Positions 20,015 through 29,771 of a stretch of 64,000 nucleotides of DNA are shown piece after piece. Each line of letters opens with the position of its first letter. Within the stretch, counting starts at the first letter, position 1. Made by a program: the position numbers and the translations under genes. The notes beneath the pieces were generated by a model. The model searched no databases, had not been told where the DNA came from, and saw only the letters and a list, made by a program, of their open reading frames with translations. The stretch covers positions 3,712,001 to 3,776,000 of the forward strand of contig OY821641.1 of the NCBI GenBank assembly GCA_963555995.3, written 5' to 3'. The stretch is from Vicinamibacteria bacterium (lineage in GTDB: Bacteria; Acidobacteriota; Vicinamibacteria; Marinacidobacterales; Marinacidobacteraceae).

Positions 20015-20452
20015 ATGCCGGTCCCGTGTGAGGCGATCCACTTGAAGATTGAAGAATCGAGTCAGTTCCTGCAGGCGAACGCCGTGGCGCAGCGGGTGCG
20101 CCAGTTGATCCTGGGGGCGGCGCCCAAGGTGAAGACCCCGTCCCGACGGCCGACCGCGATCGCGCTCGCCGAGTTGAAAGCGGGCAAGCTCGAGGTCTAT
20201 GACCCGCGGGAAGCCGCCGAGCTGCTCGCCGAGGACAGCGAGGACTTCAGCGAGGAAGAGCGGGCCGCCGCCGAAGCGGCGCGGGCCAGCTTCGAGCAGA
20301 TGTTCGCCGAGGCGGCGGGTGGTGACGCGGACCTCGACGCCTCCCCCGAGGAAGCGGCCGAGCCCGCGCCGGAACCGGAAGCCGGCCCCGGCGAGACCGC
20401 GGCGGTAGAGGCGAACGGGACCGAAGCTCCGGCCGAAGCTCCGGCCGAATAA
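20015..20452 (+). CDS. rpoZ: RNA polymerase omega subunit with acidic C-terminal tail (start may be TTG 20042)
   Basis: AQRVRQL and PTAIALAELKAGK omega pattern; TAGAAT upstream at 19989. Confidence 0.75.
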   Translation: MPVPCEAIHLKIEESSQFLQANAVAQRVRQLILGAAPKVKTPSRRPTAIALAELKAGKLEVYDPREAAELLAEDSEDFSEEERAAAEAARASFEQMFAEAAGGDADLDASPEEAAEPAPEPEAGPGETAAVEANGTEAPAEAPAE

Positions 20453-20502
20453 CACTGGCGCTTGCGCGCCTCTCGCGTACCCTTTGGCGCGGGAGGATTT
20501 GC

Positions 20503-21822
20503 ATGAGTTCCCGTTTCCTTCGTGGCGCCGCCCTTGCGGTGCTCGCTCTCCTGTTCGTCCCGGCCGAAGCCGACGCCAAGACCGAAGCCCGCGTCCGCTG
20601 GGAGCGGATGTGCCAGATCCGCGCTGACAAGTTCGATCTCATCCTCCCCGAAGCCATGCGCGGGAACGGGATCGACATGTGGATCACGGTCATGAAGGAG
20701 GGACTCAGGGATCCCCTCTGGCCGGACCTCGGCCACGGCTACGTGGGGAGCACCGGCTACATCATCTTCACCGACCGGGGAGGCGACCGCATCGAGCGGG
20801 TGGCCATCGGAGCCACCGGCTACAAGATCGAGCGCTGCGGGGTCTATGACCAGGTGACCGGCAGCGCCGATCTCGCCGCGTTCGTGCGGGAGCGCGATCC
20901 CGAACGGATCGGCGTGAACATGTCCCGCAGCATCGGGGCGGCGGACGGGCTCTCGCACACGAGCTGGCTGCATCTCCGGGAGACGCTCGGCGAGCCCTAC
21001 GCGGACCGCCTGGTCTCGGCCGAGAAGCTGATCTCGGACTTCCGTTCCCGGCGGGTGGCGAGCGAGATCGTCGCCTTCGGCGAGGCCGGCGAGTGGTCGC
21101 GGAGGATCGCCGAGCGCGCCTTCTCGAACGAGGTCATCACCCCGGGCGTCACCGCGCTCGAGGACGTCGGCTGGTGGATCGAACAGCAACTGCTGGAGAA
21201 CGGCCTCGACAGCTCGTTCGGCATGCCGTCCATCTACATCACCGGTCCGACCGGCATCGAGGCCACCTCCAACGAGCGCATCATCCAGCGCGGCGACCTG
21301 CTGATGATTGACTGGGGGGTCGGCTACCTGAACTTCTATACCGACATGAAGCGGATCGCCTACGTGCTGAAGGACGGCGAGGTCGCCGCGCCGCCGGGCA
21401 TCCAGAACGCCTTCGACCGGGGCCGCGCCGCCCGCGACGTGATCCGGCGGACCATCAAGCCGGGCCCGACCGCGGGAGCGATGCTGGAACAACTCGGCGC
21501 CGAGCTGACCGCCGCCGGCTTCCAGATGATCGAGTTCAACCAGCCCACCGATGACGACACCACCGACGTCGTGATCGGCTGCCACTCGGTCGGGAACCTC
21601 GGCCACGGGATCGGCCCCTCCATCGCCTGGTTCAATCCCACCCGGCTGGAGTACGAGATCGTGCCCTCGAACATGTTTTCCATCGAACTCTTCGCCTACA
21701 CGAAGGCCGACGAGTTCGGCGGCGCCAAGGTCCGCATCCCGCTCGAGGACGACGCCATCGTCACCGAGCGGGGCGTGGAGTGGTTCTATCCCGCCAACGA
21801 CCGGATCCTGCTGATCCGCTAA
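20503..21822 (+). CDS. M24-family (Xaa-Pro) peptidase, secreted
   Basis: IDWGV..YTD, HSVGNLGHG, SIE, EDD metal ligands. Confidence 0.82.
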   Translation: MSSRFLRGAALAVLALLFVPAEADAKTEARVRWERMCQIRADKFDLILPEAMRGNGIDMWITVMKEGLRDPLWPDLGHGYVGSTGYIIFTDRGGDRIERVAIGATGYKIERCGVYDQVTGSADLAAFVRERDPERIGVNMSRSIGAADGLSHTSWLHLRETLGEPYADRLVSAEKLISDFRSRRVASEIVAFGEAGEWSRRIAERAFSNEVITPGVTALEDVGWWIEQQLLENGLDSSFGMPSIYITGPTGIEATSNERIIQRGDLLMIDWGVGYLNFYTDMKRIAYVLKDGEVAAPPGIQNAFDRGRAARDVIRRTIKPGPTAGAMLEQLGAELTAAGFQMIEFNQPTDDDTTDVVIGCHSVGNLGHGIGPSIAWFNPTRLEYEIVPSNMFSIELFAYTKADEFGGAKVRIPLEDDAIVTERGVEWFYPANDRILLIR

Positions 21823-21832
21823 GGAGGCCGAC

Positions 21833-24259
21833 ATGCGGCCGATTTCCGCCACTACCAAAGCCATCCTCTTCCTCATCCTGCCGGCGCTCGCGGGCGCGCA
21901 GCTCCGCTCGCAGTCGGAACTCACCGCCGCCGACGCCGATCCCGGCTTCCGCCTGACCCTCGATCATCTCGGCGGCGGCAACCGCGTCTTCGGCCTGGCT
22001 CCGCGCGACCTGCGCTGGGCCCCGGACGGTTCCGAGGTCTATTTCCGCTGGCGCGAGGATCCGAAACCCGACCAGCTCGCCGACGACGATCCGTGGTTTG
22101 CGGTGGACCGGGCGGGAGGAGCCCTGCGGGAGTTGAGCGAGGACGAGGTCGGCCTCGTCCCGGGATCGAACGCGGTCCGGACCGTCTCGGGAGACACGGC
22201 CGCCTGGAGCCGGCAGGGCTCGCTCTACGTCTGGACGGAGGACGGGGGAACGCGTCCGGTCTTCGCGGTCGCCGGCCAGATCGGACAGCTCCGGCTCCGT
22301 CCCGACGGCAGCAGGGTCCTCTTCGCCACCAAGGGTCTCTCGGCGAACGCGCCCGAGAGCGGAGATCTTTGGGAACACGACGTCGCCTCCGGCGCCACCC
22401 GCCAGCTCGCGGTGGTGGTCCCCGCGAAGGAGGAGGAGACCGACCAGCAGACCTGGCTCAAGGCGCAGCAGAACGAACTCGTCCAGGTCGTCCGCGAACG
22501 CAAGGAACGGGACGAACGCCGCGACCAGCTCCGCCGGGACCAGAACGGCCTCCTGCCCCAGGAGATTCCGGTCCCCAAGGGTGAGAAGGCGGTGGACATC
22601 CGCGTGTCACCGGACGGCAAGCACCTCGTCTTCCGGTCGCGCAAGGACCCCTCGGACCCGAAGCGCACCAGCTTCATGGAGTTCGTGAACGAGAGCGGGC
22701 AGGCCACCGAGAAGGACGCCCGTCCGAAGGTCGGCGAAACCCTCCCGTCGTGGCGCCTCGGCATCGTGGCGGTGGACCGCGCCGTCCGCACCGAGGACAT
22801 CGAGATCCGTTGGGTCGAGGACGGCATCGAGAAGGACACCGTGATGCACGGCCCCTGGTGGAGCCCGGACGGGAAGCACGGGGCGGTGCAGGTGCTCTCC
22901 ATGGACCACAAGGAGCGCTGGATCTCGCTGCTCGATGTCGAGTCCGGAACGCTGCGCCACGTGGACCACCAGCAGGAGGAAGCCTGGATCGGCGGGCCGC
23001 TGGTGACCGGCCGCTGGTCGCCGGGGTACCTGGAGTGGCTGCCGGACAGCCAGGCGTTCGCCTTCGGGTCGGTGGCGAGCGGCTGGGCGATGCTGATGCT
23101 CGCGAACCTCGAGGGAGAGGTCACGGCGCTTACCGAGGGCCAGTTCGAGGTGCGGCGCGCCGAGCTCGCGCCGGGCGGCGACTCGTTCCTCGTCACCACC
23201 AGCCGCGAGCATCCCGGCGAGGAGCACCTCTACCGGCTGCCGGCGCGCGGCGGCGCCCTCGAGCAGATCACCGGGGGCGAGGGAATGCACTCCTGGGCCG
23301 TCGCTCCCGACGGTGGGCGGGTCGCTGCGATCAGCCAGTCGCTCACCGAGATGGGCGATCTCTACCTGATGGACCCGGTGGCCGCTGCCGAGCCGGTACG
23401 GATCACGAAGAGCGGCACCGACGCCTTCTACCGGACCGCCTGGGCCGGCAGCGAGATCGTCGAGTACGACCTGCCCGACGGCACGACGGCGTGGGCCCGG
23501 ATCTGGGACACGCCTGCCGGGGCCACCCCCGGTGCGACGCCCGCCGTGGTCTATGCCCACGGCTGCGGCGAGTGCGCCCAGGCGGTGGTCAAGGGCTGGG
23601 CGCGCTCGGGCAGCATCGTCTATGCGAACTACCTGATCCAGCGCGGCTACGCGGCGGCCTCGGTGGACTACCGGGGAAGCTCCGGCTACGGACACCGGAA
23701 CCGCACCTACGCCTACCGCCAGATGGGGGTCTCGGACATCGACAGCGCGCTGCCGCTGCTGGACATCCTGGCGGACCGCCACGGCGTCGCGCGCGATCGC
23801 ATCGGGGTCTACGGCGGCTCCTACGGCGGCTTCTTCACCCTCATGTCCCTCTTCCGGAATCCGGGCAGCTACGCCGCGGGCGTCGCCCTCTACCCGGTCA
23901 CCGACTGGGTCCACTACAACCAGGGCTACACGAGCCGGATCCTGAACGGCGACCAGCTCGACGACGAGGAGGCCTATCGGGTCTCGAGCCCGGTCTACTA
24001 CGCGGACGGGTTACAGGACGCGCTCCAGATCCAGCACGGCCTCGTGGACGGCAACGTCCAGATCCAGGACTCCTTCCGCCTCGCCCAGATCCTCATCGAG
24101 AAGCAGAAGGACTTCGACCTGGTCGTCTATCCGGTCGAGGACCACGGCTGGGACGAGATCCCCACGCGCCGCGACAGCTACCGCCGCATGACCGACTTCT
24201 TCGACCGCTACCTCAGCGGCGGCTCCGGAGGCACACCCCCGACCACGGACCCACGATAG
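21833..24259 (+). CDS. S9-family prolyl oligopeptidase / dipeptidyl peptidase
   Basis: Beta-propeller repeats; DYRGSSGYG, GGSYGG, HGLVDGNV, EDH. Confidence 0.92.
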   Translation: MRPISATTKAILFLILPALAGAQLRSQSELTAADADPGFRLTLDHLGGGNRVFGLAPRDLRWAPDGSEVYFRWREDPKPDQLADDDPWFAVDRAGGALRELSEDEVGLVPGSNAVRTVSGDTAAWSRQGSLYVWTEDGGTRPVFAVAGQIGQLRLRPDGSRVLFATKGLSANAPESGDLWEHDVASGATRQLAVVVPAKEEETDQQTWLKAQQNELVQVVRERKERDERRDQLRRDQNGLLPQEIPVPKGEKAVDIRVSPDGKHLVFRSRKDPSDPKRTSFMEFVNESGQATEKDARPKVGETLPSWRLGIVAVDRAVRTEDIEIRWVEDGIEKDTVMHGPWWSPDGKHGAVQVLSMDHKERWISLLDVESGTLRHVDHQQEEAWIGGPLVTGRWSPGYLEWLPDSQAFAFGSVASGWAMLMLANLEGEVTALTEGQFEVRRAELAPGGDSFLVTTSREHPGEEHLYRLPARGGALEQITGGEGMHSWAVAPDGGRVAAISQSLTEMGDLYLMDPVAAAEPVRITKSGTDAFYRTAWAGSEIVEYDLPDGTTAWARIWDTPAGATPGATPAVVYAHGCGECAQAVVKGWARSGSIVYANYLIQRGYAAASVDYRGSSGYGHRNRTYAYRQMGVSDIDSALPLLDILADRHGVARDRIGVYGGSYGGFFTLMSLFRNPGSYAAGVALYPVTDWVHYNQGYTSRILNGDQLDDEEAYRVSSPVYYADGLQDALQIQHGLVDGNVQIQDSFRLAQILIEKQKDFDLVVYPVEDHGWDEIPTRRDSYRRMTDFFDRYLSGGSGGTPPTTDPR

Positions 24260-24269
24260 CGCACCGGCA

Positions 24270-24703
24270 TGGAACGCCGCCTTCAGCCGGCACAGCCCGC
24301 CCAAGGCGGGCGGACCGCGTAACGCCGTCGCGCGCAAAACACGGAAACGGCTTGGAACGCCGGTCTCCAGACCGGCACGCGCGGCGCTCCGCGCGGCGCA
24401 CGTCCCAACCTCAACGGGCCAAGGTGGCCCCCGCCTCGACGCGGCGTTCCAGAGCGGAGGCAACAGGTACGGCTTGGAACGCCGCCTTCAGCCGGTACAG
24501 CCCGCCCAAGGCGGGCGGACCGCGTAACGCCGTCGCGCGCAAAACACGGAAACGGCTTGGAACGCCGGTCTCCAGACCGGCACGCGCGGCGCTCCGCGCG
24601 GCGCACGTCCCAACCCCACCGGGCCAAAGCGGCCCCCGCCTCGACGTGGAGTTCCAGAGCGCAGGCAGCAGGTACGGGTTGGAGCGCCGGCTTCAGCCGG
24701 CAC
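24270..24703 (+). repeat. Tandem 205-bp units (2 full, 1 partial), each with two REP-like hairpin variants
   Basis: Units start at 24270, 24475, 24680; inner GCCGGTCTCCAGACCGGC elements start at 24353 and 24558. Confidence 0.92.
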
Positions 24704-24720
24704 CGCGGTCCGCAGGGCCG

Positions 24721-24846
24721 CGAGGCTGCGGACCCTCAAAACTCAGCACAGCCCCGTGGACGGGCACGTCCAGACCAAGGACTCCTTCCGGCTGGCCCAG
24801 ATCCTCATCGAGAGGCAGAAACCTCGACCTGTCGGCTACCGGCGAG
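24721..24846 (+). pseudogene. Decayed duplicate of the near-3' part of the S9 peptidase gene
   Basis: QHSPVDGHVQTKDSFRLAQILIERQK versus QHGLVDGNVQIQDSFRLAQILIEKQK (about 24007-24140); small deletions distally. Confidence 0.9.
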
Positions 24847-24914
24847 TCCTGTCGTCGGGCCGTAGAATCCTGTCAGCGCGCTCCCAGAGTGCCAGGACGA
24901 GCCCTCCGCAGCCC

Positions 24915-25061
24915 ATGAAGCCGGAACTGACCGTGAACGACCTGATCCGGGAGGCGGACCGCTTCGCAACGGGCTTGGCGAAAGAGTGGACATCGAGAGG
25001 GAAGCCGCGCGGTGCGACGGAGACATTCCGAACCGTCCGCATACGGGCCTCCCGTGATTGA
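24915..25061 (+). pseudogene. Short ORF, possibly an N-terminal remnant of a type II restriction endonuclease
   Basis: MKPELTVNDLIREADRFA resembles, from memory, N-termini of some restriction endonucleases; TAGAAT at 24863. Confidence 0.3.
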
Positions 25062-25121
25062 ATTGGCCACTGGCAGGGCCGGGCGGGGAGACGATGTGAC
25101 GGCGTTTGAGCGAGGAGCGAG

Positions 25122-25967
25122 ATGATCGACATCAACGAGATCGGGGCGACCGCGTTTGTCATCGCGTCCATCCGCGCGTTGGAGGACGAAAAGCCGGAGC
25201 CCCTGTTCAGCGACCAGTACGCCAGGTGGTTCTCCAACGAGCGCGCGCGTGGCGCCGCGCGGCAACTGGACGTCGCCTTTCCGCCATCGACCACCATGGT
25301 CCGTTTCCGCACCCGCTACTTCAACGGCTTCGTCGAGCGCGGGATCGCGGCCGGCGCCCGGCAGGTCGTGCTGCTCGGCGGCGGCTTCGACATGCGCGCC
25401 CACCAATACGGCAATCAGGACGTCGCTTTCTTCGAGGTGGACCAGAAGGCCGTCCTCGAATTCAAGCGGGTGGTCGTGGAGCGGGGCGGACTCGCTCAGC
25501 CTCCCTCGCTCCTCGCCAACTACCTCGACACCGATGTCTCCGCCGGTCTCGCGGAACTCGGCTTCGACCCGGCGGCTTCCACGCTGCTCGTCTGGGAAGG
25601 GAACACCATGTACTTGCCTCCCGAGAGCATCATGCCCTTCCTCAATCGCCTCGCCGGTTCGATGCGGTCGTTCCGCATCGCCTTCGACTACTTCTCGCTC
25701 GACCTGCAGGACCGCGAATCCGTGGACCCCGTGGACCGCAAACGCCTTGAGGGGGTGGAGCGAGCGATGGGCGCCTCGTTCCCCACCGGCTTTGCCGACC
25801 TGGCCGTGTTCGAGAGCGAGACGGCGCTCAGAGTCGCCGAGTCGGGCTCGTTCGCGGGGCTGGCCGAGGAATACGGATACACGGACACGGTGGCCGCCTA
25901 CCCCGAGGACTGGCGCGAGACGCTGAAGCTCTATCGGTACTGTGTCTTGGAGAGGGCGCGGCGGTAA
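25122..25967 (+). CDS. SAM-dependent methyltransferase (LCM-like family)
   Basis: RTRYF, QVVLLGGGFDMRA, FEVD, WEG; GAGGAG RBS. Confidence 0.88.
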   Translation: MIDINEIGATAFVIASIRALEDEKPEPLFSDQYARWFSNERARGAARQLDVAFPPSTTMVRFRTRYFNGFVERGIAAGARQVVLLGGGFDMRAHQYGNQDVAFFEVDQKAVLEFKRVVVERGGLAQPPSLLANYLDTDVSAGLAELGFDPAASTLLVWEGNTMYLPPESIMPFLNRLAGSMRSFRIAFDYFSLDLQDRESVDPVDRKRLEGVERAMGASFPTGFADLAVFESETALRVAESGSFAGLAEEYGYTDTVAAYPEDWRETLKLYRYCVLERARR

Positions 25968-25976
25968 CCGGGGACG

Positions 25977-26336
25977 CTACGGAAGCGCGCGGGCCATCGC
26001 CTGAGCCTCGCGGCACGACTTCGTGCGCCGGTAGCCGATCCACGTCGAGATGGCGGCCGCCGCTGCCGTGAGGCTGCCGTCAATCCGGTCGTCCCGGTTG
26101 TCGTAGTTCACCGTGAGCGCGAAGACCCACAGCATGAGCCCCAGATCTACGAGCGGCCACATCCGGCTGCTGGTGCACGGGACGCCGTCCGGGTAGGCGC
26201 CGGTCGCGTCGTAGTCGCTCTCGCCGGGCTTGGGTGGCCCCTGAGTGAGGACGATGGAACAGCCGCTCGCGAGGACCGCGAACATGAGGCCACCCGCCAC
26301 GAGGCGTAGGAGGTGGGGATTTCGGATGCGCAGCAT
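25977..26336 (-). CDS. Small putative lipoprotein / membrane protein
   Basis: Lipobox ASGC; two hydrophobic segments. Confidence 0.55.
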   Translation of the reverse strand: MLRIRNPHLLRLVAGGLMFAVLASGCSIVLTQGPPKPGESDYDATGAYPDGVPCTSSRMWPLVDLGLMLWVFALTVNYDNRDDRIDGSLTAAAAAISTWIGYRRTKSCREAQAMARALP

Positions 26337-26343
26337 GGGGTCG

Positions 26344-28062
26344 TCAAGTGGACCGGCGGAGCACGCAGCCGGGAAGCGCGCCGGTGAAGCGGCCGTCATG
26401 GATCACGGGCTGTCCGTTCACGAAGGTGGCCCGGATGCCGGTGGCCCGGGCGCGGGGTTGTTCGAGGGTGGCGTGGTCCGTCACTTCGCCTCTGTCGAAC
26501 AGAACGAGATCCGCGGGGAATCCGTTCGAGATTCGCCCCCGGTCCTCGAGTCCGACGATGTCGGCAGGCAGCGAGGTCATCCGCCGGATCGCCTCTTCCA
26601 GAGGGAGAAGCCCCTCCTCCCGGACGTAGCGCCGGAGCACCCGCGGGAACGCGCCGTAGGCCGCCGGATGGGGCGAGCCCTTCCCGTAGTCGTTCGCGTC
26701 GGTGATGAAGGCCACCTCGGGATCGCCAGCGAGTTCGCGGAGGCCGTCCTCGCCGCTGATGTCGAGCACGAACTGCCCGACGGCTCCGTCCTCGGCCAGC
26801 ATGAGGTCCGAGATGGCCTCGAACGGTTCCCTCCCCGCCGCGCTTCCGAGTTCGGCGAGCGAGCGTCCGAGCGCGTCGCGGCCGGCCTCGCTCCCCACGC
26901 TGGACACCCGGATCCGGTCCCAACCCACCGCCGAGACCAGGTTGTGCGGCCAGCCTCCGGGTTCCCAGGGCGGCCACTCGGGAGTGCGCTCCTCGATGTC
27001 CTTCCCGATCCGGGCCCGCGTCTCCGGGTCGCGCAGGCGGGCGAGCAACTCGTCCGGGCCGCCTTCGAGAGCCCACGGCGGATAGATCGCGTACATCATG
27101 GTTGCCGCCACCGGGTAGGGAAACATGTCCGCGGAGACTCGCACGCCGTCCCGGCGGGCTTCGCGCTCCACGTCGAGGAACGTGGCGAGCTTCGCCCAGT
27201 GGTCCCGGCCGACCGCTTCCGCGTGGCTGTGATGGACCCGGACCTCCGCGTCCCGGCCGATCCCGATCAGTTCCTCCACCGCCGGGAGCAGCGTTTCGCT
27301 CGATCCCCGCACGTGGGCGGTGAACACGCCGTCCGAGGCTCGCAGCGAACCCGCCAGTTCGAGTAGCTCCTCCGTCGCGCTGAACATTCCCGGCGGATAG
27401 ATGAGCCCGCAGGAGAGGCCGCAGGCGCCCTCTTCGAGGCTCTGTTCCAGCCCGCCGGCCATCGCCGCGCGTTCCCCGGCGTCGGGCGCTCCGGGCCGCA
27501 GACCCATCGCGCCGAGCCGCAGCAGGCCGTGGGGAACGAGGGCGGCCACGTTGAGCGGAAGGCCGCGCGTCTCCAACGCGGAGAAGTAGTCGGCGAGCGA
27601 TTCCCAACGCCAGTCGGCTCCCTCGGGTGTCATCCAGGCGTGCACGGCGGGAGCGAGGTCATGCGCCTCGCCGAACAGCGGCGCCGCCCCCAGCCCGCAG
27701 TTCCCGATCACCTCGGTGGTGATGCCTTGGGCCAGCCGGCCGGCGATGAGTGTTTCGCGGTCGGGCCGGCTGCTGGCGAGCACCAGGTCGCCGTGCGAGT
27801 GGATGTCCACGAAGCCGGGAGCCGCGACCAGGCCCTCAGCGTCCACTACATAGAGCGCCTCGCCCTCGGCCGGGACGAAGCGGCCGTCCCGGATTCCGAG
27901 GTCCCCGCGCCGCGCGGGAGCGCCCGTCCCGTCCACCACCAGAGCGTTGCGGATCCGGTAGTCGAGGGAGGCGGGGTGGGAGGGGCGCTCCGGGCCGCAC
28001 GCGACGCCGAAGAGGCCGGCGGCAAGCGCGCCGCCGAACTCGCGCCGGTTCAGGTCAGCCAT
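26344..28062 (-). CDS. D-aminoacylase (N-acyl-D-amino-acid deacylase) family, Tat-exported
   Basis: NRREF Tat motif; APGFVDIHSH, GNCG, HPAAYGAFPRVL. Confidence 0.9.
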   Translation of the reverse strand: MADLNRREFGGALAAGLFGVACGPERPSHPASLDYRIRNALVVDGTGAPARRGDLGIRDGRFVPAEGEALYVVDAEGLVAAPGFVDIHSHGDLVLASSRPDRETLIAGRLAQGITTEVIGNCGLGAAPLFGEAHDLAPAVHAWMTPEGADWRWESLADYFSALETRGLPLNVAALVPHGLLRLGAMGLRPGAPDAGERAAMAGGLEQSLEEGACGLSCGLIYPPGMFSATEELLELAGSLRASDGVFTAHVRGSSETLLPAVEELIGIGRDAEVRVHHSHAEAVGRDHWAKLATFLDVEREARRDGVRVSADMFPYPVAATMMYAIYPPWALEGGPDELLARLRDPETRARIGKDIEERTPEWPPWEPGGWPHNLVSAVGWDRIRVSSVGSEAGRDALGRSLAELGSAAGREPFEAISDLMLAEDGAVGQFVLDISGEDGLRELAGDPEVAFITDANDYGKGSPHPAAYGAFPRVLRRYVREEGLLPLEEAIRRMTSLPADIVGLEDRGRISNGFPADLVLFDRGEVTDHATLEQPRARATGIRATFVNGQPVIHDGRFTGALPGCVLRRST

Positions 28063-28077
28063 CGGGCGAATCAAGGG

Positions 28078-28330
28078 ACTTCCTAGTGCCCACCTCGCGG
28101 CGGTCAGATCCGTCGAGTTCGTCCTTCGGCCTTGAGCCAATCAAGGTGATATTTCACCCCATCCTCGGTATACCGGCCAGCGCGGTCGCGATCTCGCCGC
28201 GGCCTGCGGTCGGATTCCCGCGCAGAATCCGGAGGATTCCCTGAGCGGCGTTCCGAGTCGGCCGGTGTGTTCTTGGGTAGTTGTTTTGGGTAGTTCTGGC
28301 CGTTTCCGGATAGCGCTCTCCAAGTTCGCA
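28078..28330 (-). pseudogene. Remnant of a C-terminal winged-HTH domain (Fic/RecG-like proteins)
   Basis: ILRILRGNP..EIATALAG / TEDGVKYHLDWLKAEG..RI*PPRGGH*EV, with a frameshift and two in-frame stops. Confidence 0.65.
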
Positions 28331-28445
28331 CCGACCTCCATGCTGACGCTCTGATCCTCCCAATCTACAGCTTGGCTCACACGGCTGAGCGATCGGTTCG
28401 CCGAGTCACTTCTTTGGCCGCCAAGTGCACGTTCATTGCGGCCAC

Positions 28446-29183
28446 CTACTCGCGGTCACGCTGATCGAGGATACACCTCAGTGCGTGCCAGTCACCTTCC
28501 GTCGGCGACTGCGACCATGTGAGCTCCTGCGACATCGGGTATCCCAATCCTTTGTCGTAATCCGCGTGGTGGAAGCCGAACAAATGAAACATTTCGTGCA
28601 GGACCATCTCGTCGGTTCGTTCTCCACCCTTGCCGTATAGGGTCCCGTTCCAGTACTGGATACGCGCGCATTTGGCAGACGCCGTAAGCTGCACATCTGG
28701 AAGCACGGGATTCGGTTCTTGTTGATCGCTCACAAAGACGGTGATCCTGCCCTCCTCCCAGCCGCCCAAACGAGGGCAAGAACGCTCTTCCTCGAGTCGG
28801 ATCCCCTCTCGAATCATCCGGCGCTCGAGGCCTCTGTTGAACTTGTCGATCACCCGTCGCCGGACCTCCTGAGCGTGCTCCCATTCATCGTCCGCAACCC
28901 GAGCCCAATCGAAGTACAGCACGGAAGAGGGCTCCTCCAGAATCACCACGGGTTCGCCCCCAGAGTAGTAGTTCCGAGCTTGATCGTACTCGTACCCTGA
29001 GCACTGCGCAGGCTCTGGGGCAGGTTCCGGTTCGGGGGAGGGCTCCGGAGCAGACGGGGGAGGAGTTGGCGTCGTCCGAGTCAAGTCTCCGGAGTCAGCT
29101 CCACAAGCGGTGAGAACGGTGAGTACTGCAAGGATGAGAGGCCGTGTGATGCTGTCGAGCATGTGCGCCCGTGTGCAAATCAT
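28446..29183 (-). CDS. Putative lipoprotein with zincin-type HExxHxxGxxH motif
   Basis: Lipobox LTAC, Pro-rich linker, VLHEMFHLFGFHH; lower-GC codon usage. Confidence 0.65.
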   Translation of the reverse strand: MICTRAHMLDSITRPLILAVLTVLTACGADSGDLTRTTPTPPPSAPEPSPEPEPAPEPAQCSGYEYDQARNYYSGGEPVVILEEPSSVLYFDWARVADDEWEHAQEVRRRVIDKFNRGLERRMIREGIRLEEERSCPRLGGWEEGRITVFVSDQQEPNPVLPDVQLTASAKCARIQYWNGTLYGKGGERTDEMVLHEMFHLFGFHHADYDKGLGYPMSQELTWSQSPTEGDWHALRCILDQRDRE

Positions 29184-29771
29184 GATGTGCTCCTTCCCGG
29201 GAACCCTTGCCGAAGTTTGGGCTTGCCCGTTTTTTGTGGACACGATTGAGTCTGGGACCCGGCTCGGAAGGCGTGTGAATCGGAGGCCGGCACTCGGTTG
29301 AGCGTAGCGTTTCTGTGGCTCGGCAAGACGAGTGAGTTGGCTGGCTTGGGGCCCCTGCTGCCGCCGGTGGGTGAGAAGAATGGGAGTGGGCTCGCGCTGG
29401 GTGCCGAGGTGCTTGAACAGCGCTTGGTGTGGGTCAGCTTCAGCGTAGCGCGCAAGGCCGGACCGGGAGAGGATGGAGTTGGCGGGGCACCTGCAGGATC
29501 GGGGCACCGTTGTCGTCGTTGGCGGTATCCAAGTGGACCGGCTGTGTGCTGTCGCGGGATAGGACGGTCTTTGTGGGAAGGTCAACGGCCGAAGTCCGGG
29601 GGGTCGCGCAGCGTTTGCCATTCCGTGAACGCGCGGCCTCCGACGGCGACGCACGAGTCCGAGCGGCGGCGCTACCCGACTCGCGACCGGAGCCAGAACA
29701 GCCTGGCGCCTGCGTTGCTCACGCTCGGCGACGACTGGCACCGCAACCACCACCGCCACCCCATGGGGCGT

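Noticed and set aside
24270-24703. CRISPR array (also considered for 52716-55325 and 59737-60002)
   Set aside because: Sequences between the palindromes are near-identical rather than unique spacers, and there are no cas genes.
29480-29770. Possible gene remnant left of the IS1634-like element
   Set aside because: No recognisable family motif in any frame.
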